Source: a virus
Direction: 5' to 3' (one strand)
Virus record (IMG/VR): IMGVR_UViG_3300030099_005838
Length of the DNA: 64,000 bases
The translations under genes were made by a program, and so were the position numbers. The notes under the pieces were generated by a model. The model did not search any database. It worked only from the letters and a program-made list of their open reading frames with translations, and was not told the origin of the DNA. Numbering within the stretch: position 1 is the first letter of the stretch; every line of letters starts with the position of its first letter. Below are positions 55,946-64,000 of the stretch, piece after piece.

Positions 55946-56161
55946 ATGAAAAACGTATTTAAATTAATATTGTCATTAGTAATTATGTTTGGTGCTGTTC
56001 CAACAGTTCAAGCTGTTCCAGCTCAAGCATGTGAGATGACTTGTGAAATGGCATGTGCTGATGAAGATATTAAAAAGAAGAAAAAGAAGAAAAAGAAAGT
56101 AGGTGGAAAAGGAAAGAAAAAGAAGAAGGGATTCTTTTCCAAAGTATTCGGGAGTAAATAA
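55946..56161 (+). CDS. secreted peptide with CEMTCEMAC and poly-Lys tail
   Basis: Signal peptide ending ...VQA; K9 and K5 runs; SD AAGGAG. Confidence 0.6.
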   Translation: MKNVFKLILSLVIMFGAVPTVQAVPAQACEMTCEMACADEDIKKKKKKKKKVGGKGKKKKKGFFSKVFGSK

Positions 56162-56454
56162 TGAACAATCCATTAACTAAACTATATAGTTGGCAAGTAA
56201 ATAGTGGACAGTTAGATGGATGGACATCTTACCATTTAGCGGCTGGTTTATTTATAGCAAAAGTCGCTCAATGGTTAGGTGCTTCTGATTTGTGGGCAGT
56301 TCTTTGGGTTCTAATAATCGGTGTTGCCTGGGAAATATTTGAGGTATACATCGAAGGTATGGAAGAAACTTATGGCACACGAAAGAAGTGGGCTTGGAAT
56401 ACAGCGGCTGATATTATTGTAGAAGTCGGTGCGGCTTGGTGGATGGTATTGTAA
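56161..56454 (+). CDS. small membrane protein
   Basis: Three hydrophobic helices; SYHL...WEIFE...ADI. Confidence 0.6.
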   Translation: MNNPLTKLYSWQVNSGQLDGWTSYHLAAGLFIAKVAQWLGASDLWAVLWVLIIGVAWEIFEVYIEGMEETYGTRKKWAWNTAADIIVEVGAAWWMVL

Positions 56455-56528
56455 TGTGTGACTGTAAGGATTGTACGCCAAAGCCTGATGGTAAGTGTTT
56501 AGAAAGTTGTGAATGTGATTCTTGTTAA
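56454..56528 (+). CDS. 24-aa Cys-rich metallothionein-like peptide
   Basis: MCDCKDCTPKPDGKCLESCECDSC (7 Cys); TAATG coupling to the upstream gene. Confidence 0.5.
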   Translation: MCDCKDCTPKPDGKCLESCECDSC

Positions 56529-56543
56529 CTTTAGGAGAAAACA

Positions 56544-57830
56544 ATGTTAAAAAAACTTATGATGGGTTTACTATTAACTACATCATTACTTAGTCAAAAT
56601 ATAATTGGAGACTTTTTTAAGTATTCTACTGCATATGCAAGTTTCAGTTTGAATGCTCCACGATATCAAGACGATAGATTTGCTATCATAGGAGGATTAA
56701 GTACAGGACAGTTAGAAATCAGTAGGGATAAGAGGGAATTAAAGCCTGACTTTCAGACATCATTTGGTTTAAGAAAGATTGGTAGATTCCAATACGAACC
56801 AAAAAGAGGTGTAAAGTCTGCTGGTAAAGGTGGTACTTGGTACGATGGTTCAGAACAGAATGCTAATGAAAGTGCCACATTTGGTCCTGTTAAAGGTTGG
56901 GAGTATTTAATAAAGTTGTCAGAAGGTAGACAATGGGGCAATGATTATGTTAATAGAGAATTTTGGTTAAGATACATTGGTGATTATTTGATGGCAAAAG
57001 TTGGTGTTACTGAATTAGGGCTAGAAGATATCAAATATACACAAGGTGATATTAGACTTCATCTAACACCTGAAGCACTTAATGACAAATTTCACTTATC
57101 AGTTGGTGTAAAACATAGACAACATCCAGTATATGGATTTGACGCAATGGTATTGGATACGACTTGGTATAGAGGTGAATGGTGGAAGTTTGCTGAGAAA
57201 GCATTTGGTATAGATGATAATGCTTGGTTCACACAGGAGTATTATGAAAACGGAGATTTAGATGTCCAATTGTACGAGTTAGATCCTGAGACTGGAGAAC
57301 TGAGACCAATCGAAGGTGGTGGTCCTTTTTGGAATGATGATGGTAGATTTGTCGGAGTAGACTGGCTTTGGAGAGATGTTGACGGTAGAATATTTGCTTA
57401 TACGGATAGAGAGTATTTCTTATATCATTTTCCTGGTATGTTAGAAGAATACATCGGTGAAGTCAAGAAAAGTTTGGGTAGTCAAAATGAAACCTCATTA
57501 GTATTGGGTATTGATTTTTATCACTACGGTGAAAATTGGTGGTTACATACTTGGGGTAATTGGTTACCTTATCACTACGGACATACAACACATGCATATC
57601 ACAATGCAGCCCATTATAGAAAACACAAAGATGATGGTGGTAAACCGCATGAGTTTATGTTTATGGACAAAATGTGGCATAGTTGGAATGATTACGATAT
57701 GGGAGCAATATTTGGAGTAAAGATAAAAGATAATCTTGGAGTCTTTGCTGAAGGAAGATATTTGTATTATTGGGAACGGCCAGCATACGATATCAAATTA
57801 GGAATTAATTATCAATTTATGGGATTTTAA
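56544..57830 (+). CDS. putative outer-membrane beta-barrel protein
   Basis: Signal peptide, aromatic-rich, C-terminal GINYQFMGF. Confidence 0.6.
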   Translation: MLKKLMMGLLLTTSLLSQNIIGDFFKYSTAYASFSLNAPRYQDDRFAIIGGLSTGQLEISRDKRELKPDFQTSFGLRKIGRFQYEPKRGVKSAGKGGTWYDGSEQNANESATFGPVKGWEYLIKLSEGRQWGNDYVNREFWLRYIGDYLMAKVGVTELGLEDIKYTQGDIRLHLTPEALNDKFHLSVGVKHRQHPVYGFDAMVLDTTWYRGEWWKFAEKAFGIDDNAWFTQEYYENGDLDVQLYELDPETGELRPIEGGGPFWNDDGRFVGVDWLWRDVDGRIFAYTDREYFLYHFPGMLEEYIGEVKKSLGSQNETSLVLGIDFYHYGENWWLHTWGNWLPYHYGHTTHAYHNAAHYRKHKDDGGKPHEFMFMDKMWHSWNDYDMGAIFGVKIKDNLGVFAEGRYLYYWERPAYDIKLGINYQFMGF

Positions 57831-57831
57831 G

Positions 57832-58440
57832 ATGACACACGAGGAAATATACAATACAGTAAGAATGATTTGCGGTTCACTACTAATGGTAGGAATATTA
57901 ATAATACCAAGTTGTGAAGATGAAATAGTAGAAGAAGAAATAGTTTTAGAACCATCCATGCAACTTTGGGTAAATGGTGATTATATCGATCCATATACTT
58001 ATTACGCACAAATAAATACTTATGGTGAAAAAGTTTTAGGTGATGATGGTAAGATTAAAAAACTATTTGTTCTGCATTTACAAAGAGAAGTAGGTAGAGT
58101 TTTACCAGAGTTAGAACATTATGCTGGTATATGGTATGATGAAGATGGGGAAGATAATGCTATGTTAATTGATCCTGGTTTATATTTGAACTACGGCCCG
58201 ACAGATACATTGTCTCACACAAGAGAACAAACAATGAATATGGAGATTATCGGTAGCTTTGATTACACAGAATTTGCTCAATCAGAAATATACATCAATA
58301 ATGACAATAAAATTTCTGGTATGGCAAACGGTAAATTTTACAACCCATATAGAGATGAGATGCAGATTGGCTTATTAATTTTTGAAAACATAGAAATAGG
58401 AACAGATCCAGACGCAACATTTTATACTGGTGAGAATTAA
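57832..58440 (+). CDS. putative lipoprotein
   Basis: Leader ending ...IIPSC. Confidence 0.55.
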   Translation: MTHEEIYNTVRMICGSLLMVGILIIPSCEDEIVEEEIVLEPSMQLWVNGDYIDPYTYYAQINTYGEKVLGDDGKIKKLFVLHLQREVGRVLPELEHYAGIWYDEDGEDNAMLIDPGLYLNYGPTDTLSHTREQTMNMEIIGSFDYTEFAQSEIYINNDNKISGMANGKFYNPYRDEMQIGLLIFENIEIGTDPDATFYTGEN

Positions 58441-58443
58441 ATA

Positions 58444-59079
58444 ATGAATGGTGATATCAAAATAGGTAAGTTATTATGTGATGAAGATATAATCACTAAA
58501 AGACAATTGAACAAAGCATTGCAGGCTCAAGTAAAGGGTGATAAACGCACGATTGGTGAAATTTTAGTTGATTTGGGTTTTTGTGATTTTGATGATATTA
58601 CCAACGCCTTACTAAACCACGATTCTGATACCACGCATCATGAAGAAAAAACAGAAGAAATACATTCTGAACCAGAACCAGTTGTCGAAGAACCAAAAGA
58701 AGAACCAAAGAAAAAAGAATCAATAGAACTGAGTGAAGATAAGGTATTGGATACTAAATTCACGTTATCTGTACAAACAATGATTGCGGCTGGTACAGGT
58801 TTGGCATCATTGATTGGTATGTGGTATGCCTTACAAGCAGAAATAGAAGAGGCAAAAGAGTTACCAGCCATTGACATAGAAAAGATTTTTTCAGATGAGT
58901 ATCCATCTAAACCCGAAGGTCATAACTGGCCTCGATCTTATGAACAGTATAAAACACAAGTAGGCCAGCTCCAGGAAGATATGGATGAAGTATTTGAACA
59001 GTTGGAGGAATATGAAGAAACCATAGATGAGTTGGAAAAACAGGTAACTAATTTAAGGGTAAAAGTAGGGAGTAAGTAA
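58444..59079 (+). CDS. MshEN-like N-domain, TM helix and coiled coil
   Basis: KIGKLL...IITKRQLNKALQAQ...RTIGEILVDLG. Confidence 0.6.
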   Translation: MNGDIKIGKLLCDEDIITKRQLNKALQAQVKGDKRTIGEILVDLGFCDFDDITNALLNHDSDTTHHEEKTEEIHSEPEPVVEEPKEEPKKKESIELSEDKVLDTKFTLSVQTMIAAGTGLASLIGMWYALQAEIEEAKELPAIDIEKIFSDEYPSKPEGHNWPRSYEQYKTQVGQLQEDMDEVFEQLEEYEETIDELEKQVTNLRVKVGSK

Positions 59080-59453
59080 TGAAGTATTTAACAGCGTTGT
59101 TAATATTACTGTCTGTCACATTAGCACAAGTTAATGACAAGAACTTTAAAGAGAAGATTAATGGCGGTATAGTCGTAGCCGTCTTTACATCCGAATGGCA
59201 GGAACAAGAATTAGATAAGAAAGTATTGAAGGGAGTTAGTGGATATCAGGATTGTGAAATTATTTATGTCGCTAGCGAACAAGCAAAAAAGGTTACGAAA
59301 AAACTGAGATTTAGAAACTTCCCATCGATTGCCCTATTCTTTGACGGAAGTAAAAAGGAAACTTGGAAAGCTGATATGGATGGTGAGGTTGACTGTTCCT
59401 CAAAGGATATAAAAGATGCTATTGATGATATGTTGGCTGAAGATGTATTCTAA
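59079..59453 (+). CDS. secreted thioredoxin-fold protein lacking CxxC
   Basis: VNDKNFKEKI...VVAVFTSEW...RNFPSIALFFDG. Confidence 0.65.
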   Translation: MKYLTALLILLSVTLAQVNDKNFKEKINGGIVVAVFTSEWQEQELDKKVLKGVSGYQDCEIIYVASEQAKKVTKKLRFRNFPSIALFFDGSKKETWKADMDGEVDCSSKDIKDAIDDMLAEDVF

Positions 59454-59488
59454 TGATACAACAATAGTGTAACAGGTGTAACATTTTG

Positions 59489-59517
59489 AAAACCTCACTT
59501 TTTAGTGGGGTTTTTTG
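59489..59517 (+). terminator. intrinsic terminator
   Basis: AAAACCTCAC-loop-GTGGGGTTTT followed by a T tract. Confidence 0.65.
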
Positions 59518-59650
59518 TTGCGTACTCTAAGTAGTTAGTATACAATAATTTAAAAAACTAATAAGAAAAAAATAAAAAAGTTTTCTATATTGCAAAGTTT
59601 GGTACAGTTATTGTACATATATAGGTAAATAACTAAATAGGAGAACTGAA

Positions 59651-60277
59651 ATGTTCAAAACAATCAAACGATATCTAAAGAGCACGAATGGTAACTCGTT
59701 GGCTGAATTTGCTGTAACAACAGCTATGATGGCTACACTTGCTACTACTGCTGCACCTAAATTTTCTGGTGTTGGTGAAGGTGCTAAAGAGAAAAAGACA
59801 ATGGCTGATATTGATAAAATTGTCAAATCTGCTAATAACTTTTATAACGCTAAAGTAACTGAAGAAGGTCGTGGAAGATTTCCAGGTCAGGTTAAGTATG
59901 ATGAGGGTGTTGGTGGATATGCTTCCGACTCACTTATAGTATCTGGTTTAGGTGGTTTCACTTCTTATGAATCATCAGAGGGTTCTAATTGGGTTTCTGT
60001 ATTTGGTACAACAACTACAGGTGCTCTAGCTCCAAGTGGTCATAACATTGATGTTTCAGAAGACGATAACAAAGATGGTTCGTTCGATCCTTCCATTGGT
60101 GCTGAAGAATTCTTAGACCAATTTGGTGGTAACCCAATCAAGACACCATTTCAGGATGGTCATTACATCTATGCGGTAATCGCTGGTGGTGGAAGTGGTT
60201 CATCTTCTTATTCACCAATCTTGTATGTTGCTGATTTAGAAAACCCATCAAACTTCTTTAAGAAGTTACAGCCGTAG
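59651..60277 (+). CDS. type IV pilin-like protein (atypical GNSLAEF cleavage site)
   Basis: G|NSLAE + hydrophobic helix + PKF. Confidence 0.65.
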   Translation: MFKTIKRYLKSTNGNSLAEFAVTTAMMATLATTAAPKFSGVGEGAKEKKTMADIDKIVKSANNFYNAKVTEEGRGRFPGQVKYDEGVGGYASDSLIVSGLGGFTSYESSEGSNWVSVFGTTTTGALAPSGHNIDVSEDDNKDGSFDPSIGAEEFLDQFGGNPIKTPFQDGHYIYAVIAGGGSGSSSYSPILYVADLENPSNFFKKLQP

Positions 60278-60287
60278 GAGATACAAA

Positions 60288-60713
60288 ATGAAAAATCAGA
60301 AAGGATTTACTCTAATAGAACTTATTATGGTTACGATCATTTTAGGTATTTTAGCCGCTGTTGCTATTCCTCGATATATGACATCGGTTACGAAAGCAGA
60401 AGAAGCGGCTGAAGATGCGGTGATTAGTGCAATCAAAGCTGGTTTAGAAACATATGCTGTAGAACAACTTATGGATAATGGTCGTAGAAGTTGGCCTGAT
60501 AATCCGTGGGATGCTTTAGAAACTAAACCTGCTGGATACACTACAGATGCTACTGATGCAGATGTCGATGGAGAGTGGACATACAATACCACTTCCAAAA
60601 AAATCACACATCAGCGTGGTGATAACTCTCGTGTAGGTTGGCTATATGATGAAGGTACACAAACAGGAGACAATGCTGCTGTTGGTACACTTGGTGCAAG
60701 AGCTGATTTGTAG
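60288..60713 (+). CDS. type IV pilin
   Basis: KG|FTLIELIMVTIILGILAAVAIPRY. Confidence 0.9.
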   Translation: MKNQKGFTLIELIMVTIILGILAAVAIPRYMTSVTKAEEAAEDAVISAIKAGLETYAVEQLMDNGRRSWPDNPWDALETKPAGYTTDATDADVDGEWTYNTTSKKITHQRGDNSRVGWLYDEGTQTGDNAAVGTLGARADL

Positions 60714-60722
60714 GAGTTAACT

Positions 60723-61163
60723 ATGAGAAACTCTAAAGGGTTTACTCTGATAGAGTTAGTCGTAACTATAGCTTTAGTGGGGATACTCGTTGGTTCGGTT
60801 ATCCCCACTTTTCATAGGGCGGTAAATGAAACTCAGATATCAGTAAACATATCCAATATGACAATCATAAAACAATCATTTATGCAATATTATTATGATA
60901 ATCATATGAGCGGTAATCCACACTTTCCACAATTACCACAAGATAGCCTAATGAATGCTACATACCGACAAACTGTATTAGGAGATGGTAGAACACCTGA
61001 TATGCTGTTTAGTGGAGATTTACCTTATAATACAAATCAAAAGCCTTATATTTATTATTGGGAAAACGATACGTTAAATGGATATGTAACTAAGCGTATC
61101 ATAATAAAAGATACAGATCCTGATAGTCCATCTTTTGAAAAAGAAGTGGTTGGAGAAATTTAG
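60723..61163 (+). CDS. type IV pilin / pseudopilin
   Basis: KG|FTLIELVVTIALVGIL...IPTF. Confidence 0.88.
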   Translation: MRNSKGFTLIELVVTIALVGILVGSVIPTFHRAVNETQISVNISNMTIIKQSFMQYYYDNHMSGNPHFPQLPQDSLMNATYRQTVLGDGRTPDMLFSGDLPYNTNQKPYIYYWENDTLNGYVTKRIIIKDTDPDSPSFEKEVVGEI

Positions 61164-61558
61164 TGAGTAAAGGCTTTACACTAATAGAAATATTAGTTGT
61201 AATTCTTTTAATTGGTATAATGAGTGCGGTAGCTGTACCGAGGTTTGAGAAGAGAATTGAATTAGAAGAATTGAAACACGAAAAGAAATTCACATATACA
61301 TTGTGGGAAGAGTTGGAAGTATATGCAAAGAAACAATATGAATTGACAGGTGAACAAAGTTGGCCTGAACATCCATTATCTGTTTTAGGTAGAACAAGAA
61401 ATATAATAGTCACTTATGATTTAGGAATACCTGATGAAGACAATGAGTGGCAATTTGATGGAATTAATCTATACCATAGGAGAATGAATAATGAAATCTG
61501 GTATTACCAATATGATCCCAATACTTTTTTTCTTTCTGAACATCCAAGTAAGTTATAG
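61163..61558 (+). CDS. type IV pilin / pseudopilin
   Basis: KG|FTLIEILVVILLIGIMSAVAVPRF. Confidence 0.88.
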   Translation: MSKGFTLIEILVVILLIGIMSAVAVPRFEKRIELEELKHEKKFTYTLWEELEVYAKKQYELTGEQSWPEHPLSVLGRTRNIIVTYDLGIPDEDNEWQFDGINLYHRRMNNEIWYYQYDPNTFFLSEHPSKL

Positions 61559-61880
61559 TGATACTACTGATTTCGAATTAGACTTAGATGTCATGTGGGA
61601 AAATACGGTATGGGAAGAAATACAAGATGTAGTAGATGTAGGTTATGAGGTTGAGAAAGTAACACCCGTAGCTGGTGTTCGTGGAGCAGAAGCAGAGGAT
61701 GAAGCTCTAGCATTATTATATTATAGAAAGAGTATGAAAGGATTATCTCTTTTAGATTTACAAAAGGCTTATGGTAAGTTAGTTAATAGAAGAGAAATCA
61801 TGATTAAGGATGGAGTAGATACTAAAAAAATAGATGGTTTCATTATTACATTAAGAGGAAAAATACAAAAAAAGTCTTGA
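61512..61880 (+). CDS. secreted hypothetical protein
   Basis: MIPILFFFLNIQVSYS signal-like leader; VAGVRGAE motif. Confidence 0.5.
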   Translation: MIPILFFFLNIQVSYSDTTDFELDLDVMWENTVWEEIQDVVDVGYEVEKVTPVAGVRGAEAEDEALALLYYRKSMKGLSLLDLQKAYGKLVNRREIMIKDGVDTKKIDGFIITLRGKIQKKS

Positions 61881-61906
61881 CTTGCATTACATTTATTTTG
61901 TAGCTT
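61877..61906 (+). promoter_or_regulatory. early promoter TTGACT-N18-TAGCTT
   Basis: Consensus match; ATG 6 nt after the -10 (leaderless). Confidence 0.7.
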
Positions 61907-61912
61907 TACTAT

Positions 61913-62437
61913 ATGAATAAATGTAAAAAATGTCAGGTTGAAATGGACAAACATCGTCTCCACTTGGGTTACTCAGAATGTGTTGAGTGTTCAAGTGTAA
62001 AGAAATATGTGTCTCATACTATATATCCACACAAAACAGGTGCTTGGGTACAACCAGTTTCGGAAGAACAATCAGAAAATTTAAGTAGGTTAGATAGAAG
62101 AGGCGTTGGTGGTTCTAAGAAAGCAAAAGGTGTTTTTGCAGATAAGAGTTGGGATAGATTTTTGGAGAACTATTTAAATCCAAAACCACCTAAAAAGAAA
62201 CATGAACCCAAGCCCATAGTGAATATCTTTATTCCTGTAAAACAGGCTATGAAAAAAGTTATCAATGAATTCGATAGTCGTGGATATGAATCTGCTTGTC
62301 AACTTACACAATCACTTTATTCCGAAGATAAAATTAGTCTTATCAGTAAATCAAAAATCATAAATGAATTATCAAGTCTACAGATGATGACAACTAAACA
62401 GAGAAAATTTATGAAAAAACTTCAAAATATTCCTTGA
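61913..62437 (+). CDS. protein with N-terminal DksA/TraR-like C4 zinc finger
   Basis: CKKC...RL.LG...CVEC. Confidence 0.6.
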   Translation: MNKCKKCQVEMDKHRLHLGYSECVECSSVKKYVSHTIYPHKTGAWVQPVSEEQSENLSRLDRRGVGGSKKAKGVFADKSWDRFLENYLNPKPPKKKHEPKPIVNIFIPVKQAMKKVINEFDSRGYESACQLTQSLYSEDKISLISKSKIINELSSLQMMTTKQRKFMKKLQNIP

Positions 62438-62463
62438 CTCGTGTTGCAATTTATTCGTAGCTT
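62434..62463 (+). promoter_or_regulatory. early promoter TTGACT-N18-TAGCTT
   Basis: Consensus match. Confidence 0.7.
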
Positions 62464-62486
62464 AACATATCAATTAAAGGGAAAAT

Positions 62487-64000
62487 ATGACAAAGATAAA
62501 ACACAATTTTAATCCGATGGCTTTACGAGAGAGACACTCTGCAAGTTCTCGGACTAACAACTATTCATCTTTTTGGTTAGATGAAGGTTGGGATACCACC
62601 GGTTCTATCTTCGATGATGAAGAGAAGAAAAAAGGTGTAGACTTAATTGCATTGGCCTCTTATCGTAGAGCCATCAGTAATTTTGTTTCTATTGTAACCG
62701 GTGAGTCTGATATCAAAGTTACTTTTAATTCACATGGGGATAGCTATACTGACGGCAAGTCAGTTGTTATCTCTTCTAAACTAGATGATAAACTATTTGA
62801 CTCAACTGTTGGTTTGGCACTTCACGAAGGTTCTCACATCAAACTATCAGATTTTGATTTTCTAAAAAATCTTACTGGTCACATACCAAACACTATAGTC
62901 GACCAATCGAATAAGCTTGGTACTGAATATTTTACAGATGTTAAAAACCTACTTAACTATGTAGAGGATAGGAGAATTGATTACTTCGTATTCTCAAATT
63001 CACCTGGTTATAAGGGTTACTATCATTCAATGTATGACAAGTATTTTCATTCAAAAGTAATTGATAAGGCTCTCCTGACTACTGAATACACTTCATTAGA
63101 TTTAGATTCCTATATGTTTAGAATTATCAATCTTACTAATAAGAATTCAGACTTAGATGCTTTACCAGGTTTGAGAAAGATATACAACACTATCTTTAGT
63201 AAAGTAAAAACCTTATCTTCAACGAGTGAGTCTTTCTACATTGCTTGTAAAGTTTATCAAATTATTTTAGATAACATCACCCCAAAGTCAAAAATTGATG
63301 GTAATCAAGTTCCACAACCTTCTGATGATGGTAATGGTAATGAGTCTTTAGATTCCTCTGGTAATAGTAATGATACCAAAGATTCATCTGAAGAATCTGT
63401 TTCTCAATCTCAACAATCTTCTGATAAACCAGAATTATCAGATGCTCAAAAAAAACAACTTGAGAATGCAATTAGAAAACAAAAGAAATTTATGGATGGT
63501 GATATTCAAAAGAAAAAGTTGACTAAGAAAGATAAAGCAGCTATGGATACTGTTGAATCAGCCGGTATGAGTTATGTTGATGTCGCCGGTGTTACTGATA
63601 GATGGACTGGTAAAAAAACCCCCACTAAGGTTTTGATGGTAAAAAAGTTTAACAAAGCATTGGCTGAGTCTGATACAATCGGTATGATTTCTAATCCATC
63701 ATATGCTTGGTATCGTGAAGAAAACAAAGAAGCGGTCGATAAGGGTTTGGTTATGGGAACTATCTTAGGTAGAAAGCTTCAGGTTCGTGGTGAGTCTCGT
63801 GAGACTAAGTGGTCCAGAAAAGATAGTGGTAGAATTGATAAGAGATTGATTGCAGAGTTAGGTTTTGGTAATGATAGAATTTTTCACACTTCTTTTGTAG
63901 AACAGTATTCAGATGCTTTTCTTCACATCTCAGTTGATGCTAGTGGTTCGATGGGCGGAGATAAGTGGAGAAATACTCAAACTGCAGTAGTCGCAATTGC
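62487..64000 (+). CDS. HExxH metallopeptidase-like plus VWA domain protein (CobT-like), 3'-partial
   Basis: Manual translation: YTDGK, LALHEGSH, VEDRRID, low-complexity S/D linker, VDASGSMG (MIDAS motif); no stop codon in the window. Confidence 0.8.
   Translation, partial: MTKIKHNFNPMALRERHSASSRTNNYSSFWLDEGWDTTGSIFDDEEKKKGVDLIALASYRRAISNFVSIVTGESDIKVTFNSHGDSYTDGKSVVISSKLDDKLFDSTVGLALHEGSHIKLSDFDFLKNLTGHIPNTIVDQSNKLGTEYFTDVKNLLNYVEDRRIDYFVFSNSPGYKGYYHSMYDKYFHSKVIDKALLTTEYTSLDLDSYMFRIINLTNKNSDLDALPGLRKIYNTIFSKVKTLSSTSESFYIACKVYQIILDNITPKSKIDGNQVPQPSDDGNGNESLDSSGNSNDTKDSSEESVSQSQQSSDKPELSDAQKKQLENAIRKQKKFMDGDIQKKKLTKKDKAAMDTVESAGMSYVDVAGVTDRWTGKKTPTKVLMVKKFNKALAESDTIGMISNPSYAWYREENKEAVDKGLVMGTILGRKLQVRGESRETKWSRKDSGRIDKRLIAELGFGNDRIFHTSFVEQYSDAFLHISVDASGSMGGDKWRNTQTAVVAI

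Noticed and set aside
59079-59453. Selenocysteine or redox activity in the thioredoxin-fold protein
   Set aside because: No CxxC motif and no in-frame TGA.
3389-63471. The many minus-strand ORFs and alternative-frame plus ORFs in the track (e.g. 3389-3661, 9266-9637, 34925-35263, 45425-45697, 57511-57720)
   Set aside because: They lie wholly inside well-supported + strand genes, lack SD or motifs, and look like shadow ORFs.
1-64000. Genome-wide stop-codon reassignment
   Set aside because: Long conserved genes are intact in the standard code and end at TAA, TAG or TGA with normal ATGA overlaps; the UGA at 51280 is an isolated case.

Overview
This window is part of a large, AT-rich, T4-like (jumbo-type) phage genome, probably marine. 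Essentially all real genes lie on the + strand, and the standard genetic code reads them cleanly. Layout: (1) 1-14 kb, replisome: 5'-3' exonuclease, gp41-like helicase, B12-dependent class II RNR, TonB-dependent receptor, PolB, sliding clamp and clamp loader, two Mom-like acetyltransferases and a DUF1599-like protein. (2) 14-32 kb, a large glycan-synthesis cluster. (3) 34.7-37 kb, a low-coding region with repeated TGTCA/TGACA motifs, divergent promoters, a structured small RNA and an apparently inactive HNH protein. (4) 37-48 kb, a PHP-less DnaE-like polymerase followed by early small genes, ferredoxin, dUTPase and UvdE. (5) 49-54.5 kb, putative capsid-internal proteins with a shared MIKLKxLLxE leader. 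(6) 54.6-64 kb, PhoH, an envelope operon (beta-barrel, MshEN-like protein, four type IV pilins) and a partial HExxH+VWA gene. Best leads: an in-frame UGA followed by a SECIS-like hairpin (candidate phage selenoprotein, 51247-51555), a small RNA exposing an anti-Shine-Dalgarno loop, a pseudoknot leader before the TonB-dependent receptor, and protease-processed internal polyproteins. No searches were run; family calls come from motif recognition.
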